From: Vibrio vulnificus CMCP6
GTDB lineage: Bacteria; Pseudomonadota; Gammaproteobacteria; Enterobacterales; Vibrionaceae
Reading direction: 5' to 3'
Assembly: GCF_000039765.1 (NCBI RefSeq)
Contig: NC_004459.3
Span: 1,860,001-1,892,000, forward strand
DNA length: 32,000 bases
Within the stretch, counting starts at the first letter, position 1, and the number at the start of each line of letters is the position of its first letter. The notes beneath the pieces were generated by a model. That model made no database searches and was not told the origin of the DNA. It saw only the letters and a program-made list of their open reading frames with translations. Of the stretch, positions 12,001 to 21,838 are shown piece by piece. The position numbers and the translations under genes are program-made.

Positions 12001-12514
12001 TGATCAATCACTGACACTGGCTGGCTTAGTGATCGCCGCCCGTGTGATGACCACCAAGCGTGGTACGCGTATCGGTATCATGACATTGGATGATCGCAGC
12101 GGTCGTATGGAAGTGATGTTGTTCTCAGATGCGTTAGAACGGTATGCAGATCTACTGGAAAAAGATAAAATCTTGGTGGTTTCTGGACAGGTCAGCTTTG
12201 ATGACTTCAATGGTGGCCTTAAAATGACGGCTCGCGAAGTTATGGACCTCGGTTCTGCGCGTGAAAAATACGCCAGAGGGGTGTCTGTTTCGATTGCCGC
12301 ATCACAGATTGATGACCAGTTTTTTGAGCGCTTTAGTCGGATCTTAGAACCGCATAAAGCCGGAACGATTCCTGTCAATGTATACTACCAGCGTGCCGAC
12401 GCCAGAGCGCGGTTAACATTGGGCACGGAATGGCGAGTAACGCCTAGTGATACATTACTTGATGAATTAAAAATGTTGCTTGGTAAAGACCAGGTAGAAC
12501 TCGAATTTAACTAA
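9035..12514 (+). CDS. dnaE: DNA polymerase III alpha subunit DnaE (1159 aa)
   Basis: PHP domain start ([15 protein letters not shown]), polymerase core ([17 protein letters not shown]) and an OB-fold C-terminus. Length matches E. coli DnaE (1160 aa). Confidence 0.98.
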   Translation: MSDPKFVHLRIHSDFSMVDGINKVPALVKQVAALGMPAMALTDFTNLCGLVKFYGAAHGNGIKPIIGADFKMQSPEFGDELTQLTVLAADNTGYKNLTLLISKAYLRGHVQHQPVIDKEWLIELSEGLIILSGARNGEIGKALLKGNQKLVESCVDFYQQHFADRFYVELIRTGRSDEETYLHFAIELAEQYDLPVVATNEVVFIGQELFDAHEIRVAIHDGYTLEDPRRPKNYSPQQYLRTEEEMCELFADIPEALENSVEIAKRCNVTVRLWEYFLPAFPTEGMAETEFLVMKSKEGLEERLEFLFPDPEIRAQRRPEYDERLQVELDVINQMGFPGYFLIVMEFIQWSKDNGIPVGPGRGSGAGSLVAYALKITDLDPLEYDLLFERFLNPERVSMPDFDVDFCMDKRDQVIDHVAEMYGRDAVSQIITFGTMAAKAVIRDVGRVLGHPFGFVDRISKLVPPDPGMTLEKAFKAEPALPELYEADEEVKELIDMCRILEGCTRNAGKHAGGVVISPTTITDFAPIYADAEGNFPVTQFDKNDVETAGLVKFDFLGLRTLTIIDWALGLINPRLEREGKAPVRIESIPLDDPASFRILQNSETTAVFQLESRGMKELIKRLQPDCFEDIIALVALFRPGPLQSGMVDNFIDRKHGREAISYPDEKWQHESLKEILDPTYGIILYQEQVMQIAQVLSGYTLGGADMLRRAMGKKKPEEMAKQRATFEEGAVKNGIDGELAMKIFDLVEKFAGYGFNKSHSAAYALVSYQTLWLKTHYPAEFMAAVMTADMDNTEKVVGLVDECFRMKLTVLPPDINSGLYRFNVDENGAIVYGIGAIKGVGEGPIDAILEARTKGGHFKDLFDFCARIDLKKVNKRVIEKLIYAGALDRLGPHRAALMASLDDAVKAASQHHQAEAFGQADMFGVLTDAPEEVEHKYIQVEPWPEKVWLEGERETLGLYLTGHPVNAYLTELNKYTSCRLKDATPTRRDQSLTLAGLVIAARVMTTKRGTRIGIMTLDDRSGRMEVMLFSDALERYADLLEKDKILVVSGQVSFDDFNGGLKMTAREVMDLGSAREKYARGVSVSIAASQIDDQFFERFSRILEPHKAGTIPVNVYYQRADARARLTLGTEWRVTPSDTLLDELKMLLGKDQVELEFN

Positions 12515-12551
12515 ATTTGGCTAACCGAGCCGAATCAACAAGGATTCATAG

Positions 12552-13511
12552 ATGAGCCTGAATTTTCTAGAATTTGAAAAGCCGATTGCTGAACTAGAAG
12601 CAAAAATTGAAGCCCTACGCGACGTCTCTCGTCATGGCGGAGATTCAGCTATTGACCTTGACAAAGAGATTGAACAGCTTGAAAAGAAGAGCCTCGAACT
12701 GAAGAAGAAAATTTTCAGTGATCTTGGTGCATGGGAAACGGCGCAGTTAGCTCGCCATCCTCAACGCCCTTATACGCTCGACTACGTCAAACACGTATTT
12801 GAAGAGTTTGATGAACTTGCGGGTGACCGTGCTTATGCCGATGACAAAGCGATCGTTGCAGGTATTGCCCGTTTAGAAGGTCGTCCTGTGATGATCATTG
12901 GCCACCAAAAAGGTCGTGAGACTCGTGAAAAAGTGAAGCGTAACTTTGGTATGCCAAAGCCAGAAGGCTACCGTAAAGCACTGCGCCTAATGAAAATGGC
13001 AGAGCGTTTCCAAATGCCAATCATCACTTTTATTGACACTGCTGGCGCATACCCTGGCGTCGGTGCGGAAGAGCGTGGTCAGTCAGAAGCGATCGCCACC
13101 AACCTAAAAGAGATGGCGGGTTTAACCGTGCCAGTGATCTGTAACGTGGTTGGTGAAGGTGGTTCTGGTGGCGCATTAGCCATTGGCGTGGGCGACTACG
13201 TGAACATGCTTCAATACTCGACTTACTCTGTTATTTCACCAGAAGGTTGTGCCTCTATTCTGTGGCGTGATTCTGACAAAGCCCCACAGGCTGCAGAAGC
13301 GATGGGCCTTGTGGCATCTCGCCTAAAAGAGCTTGAACTGATTGATGAAATCATCGAAGAACCACTTGGTGGTGCGCATCGCAACCATGTACAAATGGCA
13401 GCGAACATGAAAGCAACGCTACTACGTCAATTAGCGGAGCTGGAACAGTTCCCTCAAGACGTGTTGCTTGAGCGTCGTTACCAGCGCCTAATGAACTACG
13501 GATACTGCTAA
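12552..13511 (+). CDS. accA: Acetyl-CoA carboxylase carboxyltransferase alpha subunit AccA (319 aa)
   Basis: [20 protein letters not shown]..., [23 protein letters not shown] and [12 protein letters not shown] match E. coli AccA. Same 319-aa length. Confidence 0.97.
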
Positions 13512-13550
13512 ACCGTTGTTTTAGGTTACAAGACGCATCGTATACAATAA

Positions 13551-13581
13551 GGGGCTGAACCGTGTGTTCAGCCCCTTTTTT
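13551..13581 (+). terminator. Strong rho-independent terminator after accA
   Basis: Perfect 10-bp stem GGGGCTGAAC (13551-13560) pairs with GTTCAGCCCC (13566-13575). Loop CGTGT, then TTTTTT (13576-13581). Confidence 0.85.
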
Positions 13582-13595
13582 AATTTGGAGTCACT

Positions 13596-14906
13596 ATGGA
13601 CGCTCTCTATTCTCACTTCTCTCAAGTATTGGAACAACAACGTAAAGCGAACACTCGCTTAGTGGTTGCCTTTAGTGGAGGAGTAGATTCAAGGGTGCTG
13701 CTCGAGTTGGCTCATCGTTACGCTCAAGAGCATCTGTTGCCGTGCTGTGCGGTTCATGTGCACCATGGTTTGAGCCACAACGCAGATCAATGGGTCCAAA
13801 GCTGCGCAGCTTGGTGCCAAGAAAAAAATATTCCACTGACAGTGGAGCGAGTTCAATTGGATTTGACCCAAGGGAACAGCATCGAGGAAGAAGCGCGTAA
13901 CGCACGATACCAAGCTTTACGCGCGCATATTAACGCCGATGATCTTCTTCTCACCGGTCAGCACGCGGATGATCAGGTGGAAACCTTTCTGCTGGCGCTA
14001 AAACGAGGCAGTGGCCCCAAGGGACTGTCGTCCATGGCTCAGCAAATGCCCTTTTCTCAAGGGCGGTTGATTCGTCCACTGCTCGACGTTCGACGCCAAG
14101 AGATTGAACGATGTGCGCATGCCATCGGTTTACATTGGGTGGAAGATGAGAGCAATCAAGACACGCGGTATGACCGTAATTTTCTTCGCCAACAAATCCT
14201 TCCCGCGCTGTCTGAACGATGGCCAAGTTTTGCGGCGTCTGTTCAACGCAGTGCCACGCTCTGTGCGGAGCAAGAGGCGTTACTGGATGAGCTGCTGTTA
14301 CCGGTATTTGAGCAACTGTTTGGCGAAGACCAGAGCTTAGCTATCACGCTGTTGTCACAGCAAAGTGAGCTGGCTCGTTTCAAGTTGCTCAGAATGTGGC
14401 TGGCAAAGCTTGGGCATCCTATGCCAACGCGTCATCAGTTGTCACTCATTTGGCAGCAAGTCGCGCTTTCTCAAGCAGATGCCAATCCAATATTGCAACT
14501 GAGCCAAGGGCAAGTACGCCGTTTCAATCAGCGTCTTTATTTGGTTGCAGACAACCAGGATCTCTCTGCTTGGCATGCGCCGATCACGCTCAATACACCG
14601 CTTGCTTTACCTGATGGTTTAGGGACGATTGAGTTAACGGTAAGTCGTGGTTTCGGTCAAATCGCGCTTCCAGAGCAAAGTGAGGCGTTGTGGATAAGCT
14701 TTAACCCAGAGGGGCTAAGTGCCCATCCGGCGGAGCGAGGTCACAGTCGGAAGTTGAAAAAGCTGTTTCAAGAATACCAAGTACCAAGTTGGTTGCGCCG
14801 TCGCACGCCAATTTTGATGTATCACCAACAGGTTGTGGCGGTGGCGGGATTGTTTGTGGATCGCCAGTTTATTGGTCAAGATTGTGAGCTGTTTTGGCGC
14901 AAGTAA
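13596..14906 (+). CDS. tilS: tRNA(Ile)-lysidine synthetase TilS/MesJ (436 aa)
   Basis: The N-terminal PP-loop ATPase motif SGGVDS follows a beta strand (LVVAFSGGVDSRVLL). Length and position after accA match E. coli. Confidence 0.9.
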   Translation: MDALYSHFSQVLEQQRKANTRLVVAFSGGVDSRVLLELAHRYAQEHLLPCCAVHVHHGLSHNADQWVQSCAAWCQEKNIPLTVERVQLDLTQGNSIEEEARNARYQALRAHINADDLLLTGQHADDQVETFLLALKRGSGPKGLSSMAQQMPFSQGRLIRPLLDVRRQEIERCAHAIGLHWVEDESNQDTRYDRNFLRQQILPALSERWPSFAASVQRSATLCAEQEALLDELLLPVFEQLFGEDQSLAITLLSQQSELARFKLLRMWLAKLGHPMPTRHQLSLIWQQVALSQADANPILQLSQGQVRRFNQRLYLVADNQDLSAWHAPITLNTPLALPDGLGTIELTVSRGFGQIALPEQSEALWISFNPEGLSAHPAERGHSRKLKKLFQEYQVPSWLRRRTPILMYHQQVVAVAGLFVDRQFIGQDCELFWRK

Positions 14907-14969
14907 TCCAAATTCATGTAAAAATCGTATGGATATAATAACCATCATGGATATAAAAAAGGAAAAGCA

Positions 14970-15284
14970 ATGAAGAAAGTCGCTATTGGTTTGGCTCTAG
15001 GGTTAGGCCTGATGAGTGGAAGTGTTCTAGCTGCAGGTGATGTCGCTGCAGGGCAAGCAAAAGCTGCGGTTTGTGCCGCTTGTCATGGTGCGGATGGCAT
15101 GGCTACGATCCCGGGCTACCCAAATCTCAAAGGTCAAAATGAGCAGTATCTTGTCTCTGCTATCAAAGCGTACAAAAACAAAGAGCGTAACGGCGGCTTA
15201 GCGGTCGTGATGCAAGCGCAAGCGGCAATGCTAAATGATGCGGATATTGCTAATTTGGCCGCTTATTATGCGAGCCTGAAATAA
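14970..15284 (+). CDS. Small periplasmic class I c-type cytochrome (104 aa; c553/c554-like)
   Basis: Signal peptide ([23 protein letters not shown]), a single CAACH heme-binding motif, and a downstream Met ligand candidate (VVMQAQA). Confidence 0.8.
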   Translation: MKKVAIGLALGLGLMSGSVLAAGDVAAGQAKAAVCAACHGADGMATIPGYPNLKGQNEQYLVSAIKAYKNKERNGGLAVVMQAQAAMLNDADIANLAAYYASLK

Positions 15285-15303
15285 TTAAATCGATTTGACG
15301 AAA

Positions 15304-15328
15304 GCCAGAGCCGTTGCTCTGGCTTTTT
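15304..15328 (+). terminator. Rho-independent terminator after the cytochrome c gene
   Basis: Stem GCCAGAGC (15304-15311) pairs with GCTCTGGC (15316-15323). Loop CGTT, then TTTTT. Confidence 0.8.
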
Positions 15329-15361
15329 CGTCTTATACAGGGAGAATAGGGCGGTTTGTGA

Positions 15362-15390
15362 TTGAATGTTGTCGATGGCTCACCGATAAT
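15362..15390 (+). promoter_or_regulatory. Candidate sigma70 promoter for glnB
   Basis: TTGAAT (15362-15367), a 17-nt spacer, then GATAAT (15385-15390), about 30 nt upstream of the glnB ATG. Sequence match only. Confidence 0.4.
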
Positions 15391-15412
15391 AGGTTAACAA
15401 ATTGAAGTTTAA

Positions 15413-15760
<348 letters not shown>

Positions 15761-15772
15761 TCACACAAAAAG

Positions 15773-15794
15773 GGAGCCTAAGGCTCCTTTTTTT
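15773..15794 (+). terminator. Rho-independent terminator after glnB
   Basis: Stem GGAGCC (15773-15778) pairs with GGCTCC (15782-15787). Loop TAA, then TTTTTTT. An A-run upstream makes it potentially bidirectional. Confidence 0.8.
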
Positions 15795-15823
15795 AGCGCT
15801 GACATTTAGTAGAGATTAAGAGA

Positions 15824-16678
15824 ATGAGAAAACGCATTTGGGTGGGGCTGCCATTGGCGTTGGTGTTTGGTGGGATATTTGCATTCCACACCGTTTTCCA
15901 CATCCCCGAACAGCCTGAAATGACCACTATCAGCGACGGTTCGTTTAACCAGCAACTGCATTGTTATGAAAGTTCAACGCGTGCCAGCATTGATCAAGAG
16001 GGGAGTCTGAACCTGTTGGTGTGGAATATTTACAAACAGAATCGCGCTAATTGGCAGTCTGTGCTGACCCAAATGAGTGCTGGGGCACAATTAATTCTGT
16101 TGCAAGAAGCCAGCTTAGAAGATGGGTTAAAACGCTGGATAGCCTCTGGTGGTTGGAGCGGTGAGCAAGTGAACGCGTTTAAAGCGTTTGATAAAGCCGC
16201 TGGCGTCTTGACATTAGGCTGGCGTAAGCCTCGCTTGGCGTGTGGCTACACCCAATTGGAGCCGTGGATTCGCTTGCCTAAATCGGGATTGTATTCGGAG
16301 TACCTGCTTTCCGATGGCCAAATGTTGATCGTGGTTAACCTGCATGCCGTCAATTTCACTTGGGGTGTGCAAGAATATCAGCAACAAGTCAATGACCTGA
16401 TTGCGGCGTTAAAAGAGCATCCAGGGCCTGCAATTGTCGCGGGTGATTTTAATACTTGGAGCGAAAAACGTTTGCAAGCGGTAACGGAACGATTGGAAAA
16501 CGCTGGGCTTATCGAAGTGGTGTTCTCACCTGATCAGCGAACTCGTTTTATCACAGGGCTGCCGCTTGATCATGTGTTTTACAAAGGCTTAGAAGTACAA
16601 AAAGCAGAGGCGCCTCAAACGGACGCCTCTGATCATAATCCACTGTTGGTCAGCTTTACATTACCAACAGATAAATAG
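15824..16678 (+). CDS. Endonuclease/exonuclease/phosphatase (EEP) family protein, YafD-like (284 aa)
   Basis: N-terminal TM/signal segment. EEP-type motifs are present: LLVWNIY, LLQE, GDFN and a C-terminal SDHNPL. Its position next to mltD/gloB recalls the E. coli yafD neighbourhood. Confidence 0.75.
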   Translation: MRKRIWVGLPLALVFGGIFAFHTVFHIPEQPEMTTISDGSFNQQLHCYESSTRASIDQEGSLNLLVWNIYKQNRANWQSVLTQMSAGAQLILLQEASLEDGLKRWIASGGWSGEQVNAFKAFDKAAGVLTLGWRKPRLACGYTQLEPWIRLPKSGLYSEYLLSDGQMLIVVNLHAVNFTWGVQEYQQQVNDLIAALKEHPGPAIVAGDFNTWSEKRLQAVTERLENAGLIEVVFSPDQRTRFITGLPLDHVFYKGLEVQKAEAPQTDASDHNPLLVSFTLPTDK

Positions 16679-17345
16679 CCCAAATCAGATAGTATCCCAC
16701 CCAAGGAAGGGCGGCGATCACCAAAGCTTGTCCACGTTCAAACTCTGTCCATGTCAGCACGGCTGCATAACCAAGCACAATGTACCAAGGAAGTAGCAAA
16801 GGCATTGAACTGGCAAACTGAGACCATTCGTTTGTCAATGGTAGCTTGATCAACCCATTGAGACTATTGAGATCGGCGGCGTAAATCACCACTTGACCAT
16901 GTTTCAATATCAAACTTGCATAGCTAGCGAAGTCGCCTAACACCGCTGGGAAGGTGATCACTGCGGCAGCGGCAAACCATTTCCAAAACCCGTGTTGATG
17001 CTGGCTGGGCTTGGTTGCCAGAGTGAACCAAAATGCCAACATCAAAATCGTCAAGGTTCGTCCAAACACATCGCTAATGATCTCACTCGCCATCAAGGTG
17101 TTTGGATCGTCCAAGAATTTTAATTGTTCTGGATTAATTTGTTGAAATTGAGGTGTTAAAATTTGGCTCAACCACTGGAAGTCCACATTAGAAAAATACG
17201 CTCCCCAAAACAGGAATGGGGTCAATATGAGAACGATGTACGGTTGCCAGCCCCAAGCACCACGCTGATAAAGCGCGAGAAAACATGAGGTTGGAGAGCG
17301 AAATATGTCAAGCATCATGACAAACGGGTTACTGGAAGGGGTCAT
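16656..17345 (-). CDS. Polytopic inner-membrane protein of unknown function (229 aa; possibly Yip1-like)
   Basis: About 5 hydrophobic segments. The start overlaps the mltD stop as ATGA (17342-17345). The family assignment is a guess. Confidence 0.6.
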   Translation of the reverse strand: MTPSSNPFVMMLDIFRSPTSCFLALYQRGAWGWQPYIVLILTPFLFWGAYFSNVDFQWLSQILTPQFQQINPEQLKFLDDPNTLMASEIISDVFGRTLTILMLAFWFTLATKPSQHQHGFWKWFAAAAVITFPAVLGDFASYASLILKHGQVVIYAADLNSLNGLIKLPLTNEWSQFASSMPLLLPWYIVLGYAAVLTWTEFERGQALVIAALPWVGYYLIWAIYLLVM

Positions 17346-18925
17346 ACACTTACCTTAGTTACATCCACGTAGAGTTTTAATTGTTGACCTGGTTTCAGGT
17401 ACTTTTGATTTTGTAGCGCGTTCCACTTCACAATGTCGTTGCTTTTGACTTTAAACTTGGTCGCGATGCCACTGATGGTGTCGCCTGAACGCACTTTATA
17501 GAAAACAGTACGGATAATGGCGCCTTCAGAGCTCTCTTTCCAAATCACCAGATCTTGCCCAATGCGCAATGTGTCACGTGGCCCCATGCCATTCCATTTC
17601 GCTAATGCTTGGTGATCCACTTTATTGGCTTTCGCAATGCTCCATAAGCTTTCGCCGGATTTAACGGTATGCGTCAGCTTATATTTACCGCGAGCAGTGG
17701 CTTGGGTCTTAGCCAAGCGGTTTGCTGCCGACAAGGTGTAAGCGCTGGCGTCTTTTTGCGATGTAGGGATCAGTAGGTACTGGCCGACACGAATGTTGTT
17801 ACCGTTCAAGCTATTGGCGGTACGGATCACTTCACTGGTGGTGTTATGTTTTTCAGCTAAGACGCTGAGCGTGTCGCCAGAGCGCACTTTGTAGCGCACC
17901 ATCTTCATGCCTTTGCCGCGATTTTCTTCTACTTTCGCGATGAACTGCTCTGCTTTATCGACAGGAATCAGCAGTTGGTAAGGACCATCTGGTGCCGTAG
18001 ACCACTGGTTGTAGGCCGGATTGTAGCTTTGCAGCTCTTTGACATTCAGCCCGGCGTATTGTGCAGCAATGGCGAGATCCAATTGCTCCTTAGGATCAAT
18101 CAGTGCCAACACGGGTTTGTTTGGAATCGCAGGGATCTCAATGCCGTATTTCTCTTGATTGGCGACAATATCGGCAAGGGCGAGCAGTTTTGGCACATAG
18201 CCACTGGTTTCTTTGGGTAAATCTAGTGAGAAAAAATCGATAGGTTTACCCAGTTTGTTGTTCTTACGGATCGCGCTCGATACACGGCCACCACCGCTGT
18301 TGTACGCCGCGATCGCGTGATTCCAGTCACCATCAAAACGTTTGTTGAGGTAGGTAAGATAATCGAGCGCAGCGTCGGTGGCGGCTGCCACGTCTCGGCG
18401 ACCGTCATACCAAAAATTTTGTTCTAGACCATACATTTTCCCAGTGCCCGGAACAAACTGCCATAAGCCTGCGGCACTGCCATGAGAGTAGGCAAATGGG
18501 TCGAATGAGCTTTCTACGACAGGTAACAATGCCAGCTCAAGAGGCAAATCACGCGCTTCAATTTTCTCAGTGATCAGATAGAGAAATGGGGTCGCACGTT
18601 GTGAGACGGTTTTAAGGTGATTAGGGTGTTTGAGGTACCAAGTGCGGTAATAATCGACCTTTTCATGATCGGGGACTTCCAGAGACAGTTGCATGGCGAT
18701 GCGTTGCCAAACGTCTTCCTGAGTTTGAGGTGTGACGACAGGTTGCTCTGGGGCAACGTTCTCAAGCGTTTTGTCACTTGGTTTTACTTTTTTCGCAGTT
18801 TGCTGCGACGATTTTGCTTGCGAGGCATTGGTCTCAGGCGCGGCACTGGTATTGCTCTCTGTTTGTAGGCTCTGACAGCCAGAAAGCAATAGTAGTGCAA
18901 ACACCCAACTAAACTTAAAACGCAT
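17342..18925 (-). CDS. mltD: Membrane-bound lytic murein transglycosylase D (lipoprotein, 527 aa from ATG 18925)
   Basis: Lipobox LLLSGC follows MRFKFSWVFA. SLT catalytic region (LPVVESSFDPFAYSHGSAAGLWQF). Three C-terminal LysM repeats (YKVRSGDTLSVLA, HTVKSGESLWSIA, YKVRSGDTISGIA). The ORF-track start at 18985 adds 20 non-signal residues, so I rejected it. Confidence 0.9.
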   Translation of the reverse strand: MRFKFSWVFALLLLSGCQSLQTESNTSAAPETNASQAKSSQQTAKKVKPSDKTLENVAPEQPVVTPQTQEDVWQRIAMQLSLEVPDHEKVDYYRTWYLKHPNHLKTVSQRATPFLYLITEKIEARDLPLELALLPVVESSFDPFAYSHGSAAGLWQFVPGTGKMYGLEQNFWYDGRRDVAAATDAALDYLTYLNKRFDGDWNHAIAAYNSGGGRVSSAIRKNNKLGKPIDFFSLDLPKETSGYVPKLLALADIVANQEKYGIEIPAIPNKPVLALIDPKEQLDLAIAAQYAGLNVKELQSYNPAYNQWSTAPDGPYQLLIPVDKAEQFIAKVEENRGKGMKMVRYKVRSGDTLSVLAEKHNTTSEVIRTANSLNGNNIRVGQYLLIPTSQKDASAYTLSAANRLAKTQATARGKYKLTHTVKSGESLWSIAKANKVDHQALAKWNGMGPRDTLRIGQDLVIWKESSEGAIIRTVFYKVRSGDTISGIATKFKVKSNDIVKWNALQNQKYLKPGQQLKLYVDVTKVSV

Positions 18926-18996
18926 GGTTCCAGCCTGTTTAACTTTGGGCTGCTGATAATACTTGCCTCCTTGGTCAGGAGACAAGCATCAAAAAG

Positions 18997-19755
18997 TTAA
19001 AATTCGTTCTTCCACTCACGTAATGCTGTAAAAACCGAGAGTGGATCGCTATTTTTCGTTCTGCTAGAAACCGAGTGAATAACACTGGGTTGCAGATATC
19101 GAAGAAATGGATTGATCCATTTTTCTTGTCTCAATGTGGTTGGAATGGTTGGCAGATTTTGCGCACGCAGTCGATTGACGGTATCACGGTATTGGTGAAG
19201 TAACTCGTTATCCGGTTCCACGGCTAAGGCGAAAGCAACGTTGCTGGCGGTATATTCATGAGCGCAGAACACTTCCGTTTCCTCAGGAAGGGCGAGAAGC
19301 TTGTTGAGTGAGTCAAACATTTGTTGCGCGGTACCTTCAAAAATACGACCACAGCCAGCAGAGAAGAGCACATCGCCACAAAACAGTTTGCCGTCGCCAA
19401 CATAACCAATATGACCCAAGGTATGCCCACCTAAACCTAACACTAAGAAGGTTTCGTCGAATAACTCAAGTCGGTCGCCATCTTCCACGGGGTGGGTGAG
19501 CGTTGGAATCGGTTCTGCTTTCGGCCCTACAACGTTAACGTTAGGAAAAGCGCGCACCAAATCGGCCACGCCGCCAATGTGATCATTGTGGTGGTGGGTG
19601 ATAAGAATCGCTTCTAAAGTTAACTGATGTTGCTCGATGTAGTGAAGGACAGGCTTGGCGTCGCCTGGGTCGACCACAGCACAACGCTGATCGCTATTTT
19701 GAATCAACCAGATGTAATTGTCGTTGAATGCAGGTATGCTTTTGATCTCTAACAC
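18997..19755 (-). CDS. gloB: Hydroxyacylglutathione hydrolase (glyoxalase II, 252 aa)
   Basis: Metallo-beta-lactamase motif [10 protein letters not shown] with downstream HTLGH and CAHEYT. It sits next to mltD. Confidence 0.93.
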   Translation of the reverse strand: MLEIKSIPAFNDNYIWLIQNSDQRCAVVDPGDAKPVLHYIEQHQLTLEAILITHHHNDHIGGVADLVRAFPNVNVVGPKAEPIPTLTHPVEDGDRLELFDETFLVLGLGGHTLGHIGYVGDGKLFCGDVLFSAGCGRIFEGTAQQMFDSLNKLLALPEETEVFCAHEYTASNVAFALAVEPDNELLHQYRDTVNRLRAQNLPTIPTTLRQEKWINPFLRYLQPSVIHSVSSRTKNSDPLSVFTALREWKNEF

Positions 19756-19793
19756 GATGGATTCTCCGCTCGTTCGAACTAGTCAGGTGGTTA

Positions 19794-20561
19794 ATGAAGC
19801 CAGCACTAAGCAGTAAAGTTATCCAGCATCCCTACACATGGGAAGAAATGAACAACGGACAATGGGTTCGTGAATCGATTCAAACCCGTTTAGACGAATG
19901 GTGCCCGAAACTGTTTGGTTACCATTTGCTGAAACTGGGTGGGCTGAGCTGCGAGTTAACCAGTGCAATATGTAACATTCAACACCAAGTTAACTTAGAT
20001 ATCCAGAACCCTTTGCACAATGTCATCGCAGATGGTTACGAATTGCCCTTTCTCGAAAAAAGCTTTGATGCGGTGATCTTGGCGCATCAGTTGGATTACG
20101 CCAGTGATCCCCACCGATTACTGCGTGAAGTGGATCGAGTGATGATGGACGATGGCTATCTGGTGATTACGGGGTTTAATCCTGTGAGCTTCACCGGCCT
20201 GGCCAGTTTAATGCCTTGGCGAAAAAACAACTTGCCTTGGAGTGGACGAATGTTCACCACCAATCGAATTAAAGATTGGCTGGGAGTGTTGAATTATCAA
20301 GTCGTGCACTGCGATCGCTACGCACTGTTTCCGATGAAGAAATACCGAACCATGTGGACTTGGCTTGAAAACAGCCTTGGCGATTGGGCATCTCCCGCGG
20401 GCAGTCTCTATTTTATTGTCGCAAGAAAACGCACGTATCCGCTCAAACCCATCAAACCGCATTGGCAGTTAAAGCGTCGTTTATCTCCGCTCGGGGTAAT
20501 GAACCGACAGCGTGATTTACTGAGCAAGCGCAAAAGCTGCGCTTGCAGAGGAAGAGAGTAG
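19794..20561 (+). CDS. Class I SAM-dependent methyltransferase, YafS-like (255 aa)
   Basis: GYHLLKLGGLS, LPFLEKSFDAVILAHQLDYASDPHRLLREVDRVMMDDGYLVITGFNP and LYFIVARKRT align with E. coli YafS as I recall it. It is convergent with rnhA as in E. coli. Confidence 0.75.
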   Translation: MKPALSSKVIQHPYTWEEMNNGQWVRESIQTRLDEWCPKLFGYHLLKLGGLSCELTSAICNIQHQVNLDIQNPLHNVIADGYELPFLEKSFDAVILAHQLDYASDPHRLLREVDRVMMDDGYLVITGFNPVSFTGLASLMPWRKNNLPWSGRMFTTNRIKDWLGVLNYQVVHCDRYALFPMKKYRTMWTWLENSLGDWASPAGSLYFIVARKRTYPLKPIKPHWQLKRRLSPLGVMNRQRDLLSKRKSCACRGRE

Positions 20562-20562
20562 T

Positions 20563-21030
20563 TTACTCGGCAGGCTGATAACCGGTGTCGTCAAGGGTTG
20601 GGTTTTCGGCCGCGGCACGCGCCAACTCGTCACACATTTCGTTTTCACGATGGCCTGCGTGTCCTTTGACCCAACGCCAGTCAATCGTATGGCGAGTGGT
20701 TTCTTTATCAAGCGCTTGCCAAAGATCGGCATTTTTGACTGGTTTTTTATCGGCGGTTTTCCAACCGCGCTTTTTCCAATTGTGGATCCACTGAGTAATA
20801 CCTTGTCGAACATATTGGCTATCGGTTGTGAGAATCACATTGCAAGGTTCTTTCAAGGCCTGAAGAGCAACGATGGTGGCCATCATTTCCATTCGGTTGT
20901 TGGTGGTGAGTCTATAGCCTTGTGCTAAGGTTTTTTCGACCTGTTTGTAACGCAAGACGACACCGTAACCACCGGGTCCAGGATTACCGAGGCAAGAACC
21001 GTCAGTGAAAATTTCAACTTGTTTTGTCAT
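20563..21030 (-). CDS. rnhA: Ribonuclease HI (155 aa)
   Basis: [21 protein letters not shown]...[10 protein letters not shown]...[32 protein letters not shown] is near-identical to E. coli RNase HI. Confidence 0.97.
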   Translation of the reverse strand: MTKQVEIFTDGSCLGNPGPGGYGVVLRYKQVEKTLAQGYRLTTNNRMEMMATIVALQALKEPCNVILTTDSQYVRQGITQWIHNWKKRGWKTADKKPVKNADLWQALDKETTRHTIDWRWVKGHAGHRENEMCDELARAAAENPTLDDTGYQPAE

Positions 21031-21098
21031 GTTTTGGTACTATTAGCGAAAGCCATGTTTAAAGCATACGTTCTGCATAGTCTGACACACATATCATT

Positions 21099-21830
21099 AT
21101 GAATACCAGTAACAATTCTGAATACGATCGTATCGTCGTGCTCGATACGGAAACCACGGGTATGAACCGTGAAGGTGGCCCACACTATATGGGGCACAGA
21201 ATCATCGAAATCGGGGCGGTGGAGATCATCAACCGCAAGCTGACCGGGCGACATTTCCATGTTTACCTTAAGCCAGACCGTGAAATTCAACCCGATGCGA
21301 TCGATGTTCACGGTATTACCGATCAGTTTCTAGTTGATAAACCGGAGTATCGTCAAGTTCACCAAGAGTTCCTAGAGTTCATTAAAGGGGCTGAGCTGGT
21401 GGCTCATAACGCGCCCTTCGACGTGGGCTTTATGGATTATGAGTTCGGTAAACTCGACGCCGCCATCGGCAAAACCGATGACTACTGCAAGGTGACCGAT
21501 ACGCTGGCGATGGCGAAGAAGATCTTCCCTGGCAAGCGTAACAACCTAGACGTTTTGTGTGAACGCTACGGCATTGATAACTCACACCGAACGCTTCACG
21601 GGGCATTGCTCGATGCGGAGATTCTGGCTGATGTTTACCTGCTGATGACCGGTGGGCAAACCAGTTTGGAGTTCAACGCCAACTCGCAAGAAGGCGGTGG
21701 TGAAGACATTCGCCGAGTGGCGGGGCGAAAATCTCTTAAGGTTTTGCGTGCAACGGCCGATGAATTAGAAGCGCACCAATCTAGATTGGATATTGTAGAA
21801 AAAAGCGGAACTTGCCTCTGGCGTCAATAG
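21099..21830 (+). CDS. dnaQ: DNA polymerase III epsilon subunit (3'-5' proofreading exonuclease, 243 aa)
   Basis: ExoI VLDTETTG, ExoII AHNAPFDVGFM and ExoIII HGALLDAEILADVY. It is divergent from rnhA as in E. coli. Confidence 0.95.
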   Translation: MNTSNNSEYDRIVVLDTETTGMNREGGPHYMGHRIIEIGAVEIINRKLTGRHFHVYLKPDREIQPDAIDVHGITDQFLVDKPEYRQVHQEFLEFIKGAELVAHNAPFDVGFMDYEFGKLDAAIGKTDDYCKVTDTLAMAKKIFPGKRNNLDVLCERYGIDNSHRTLHGALLDAEILADVYLLMTGGQTSLEFNANSQEGGGEDIRRVAGRKSLKVLRATADELEAHQSRLDIVEKSGTCLWRQ

Positions 21831-21838
21831 GAGAATCT

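Noticed and set aside
9428-12378. Numerous 60-177 aa minus-strand ORFs inside dnaE (for example 9752-10285 and 10147-10602)
   Set aside because: They lie antisense to a very well supported 1159-aa gene. Their composition is biased (R/S/T-rich), none has an SD or a recognisable motif, and they look like typical shadow ORFs.
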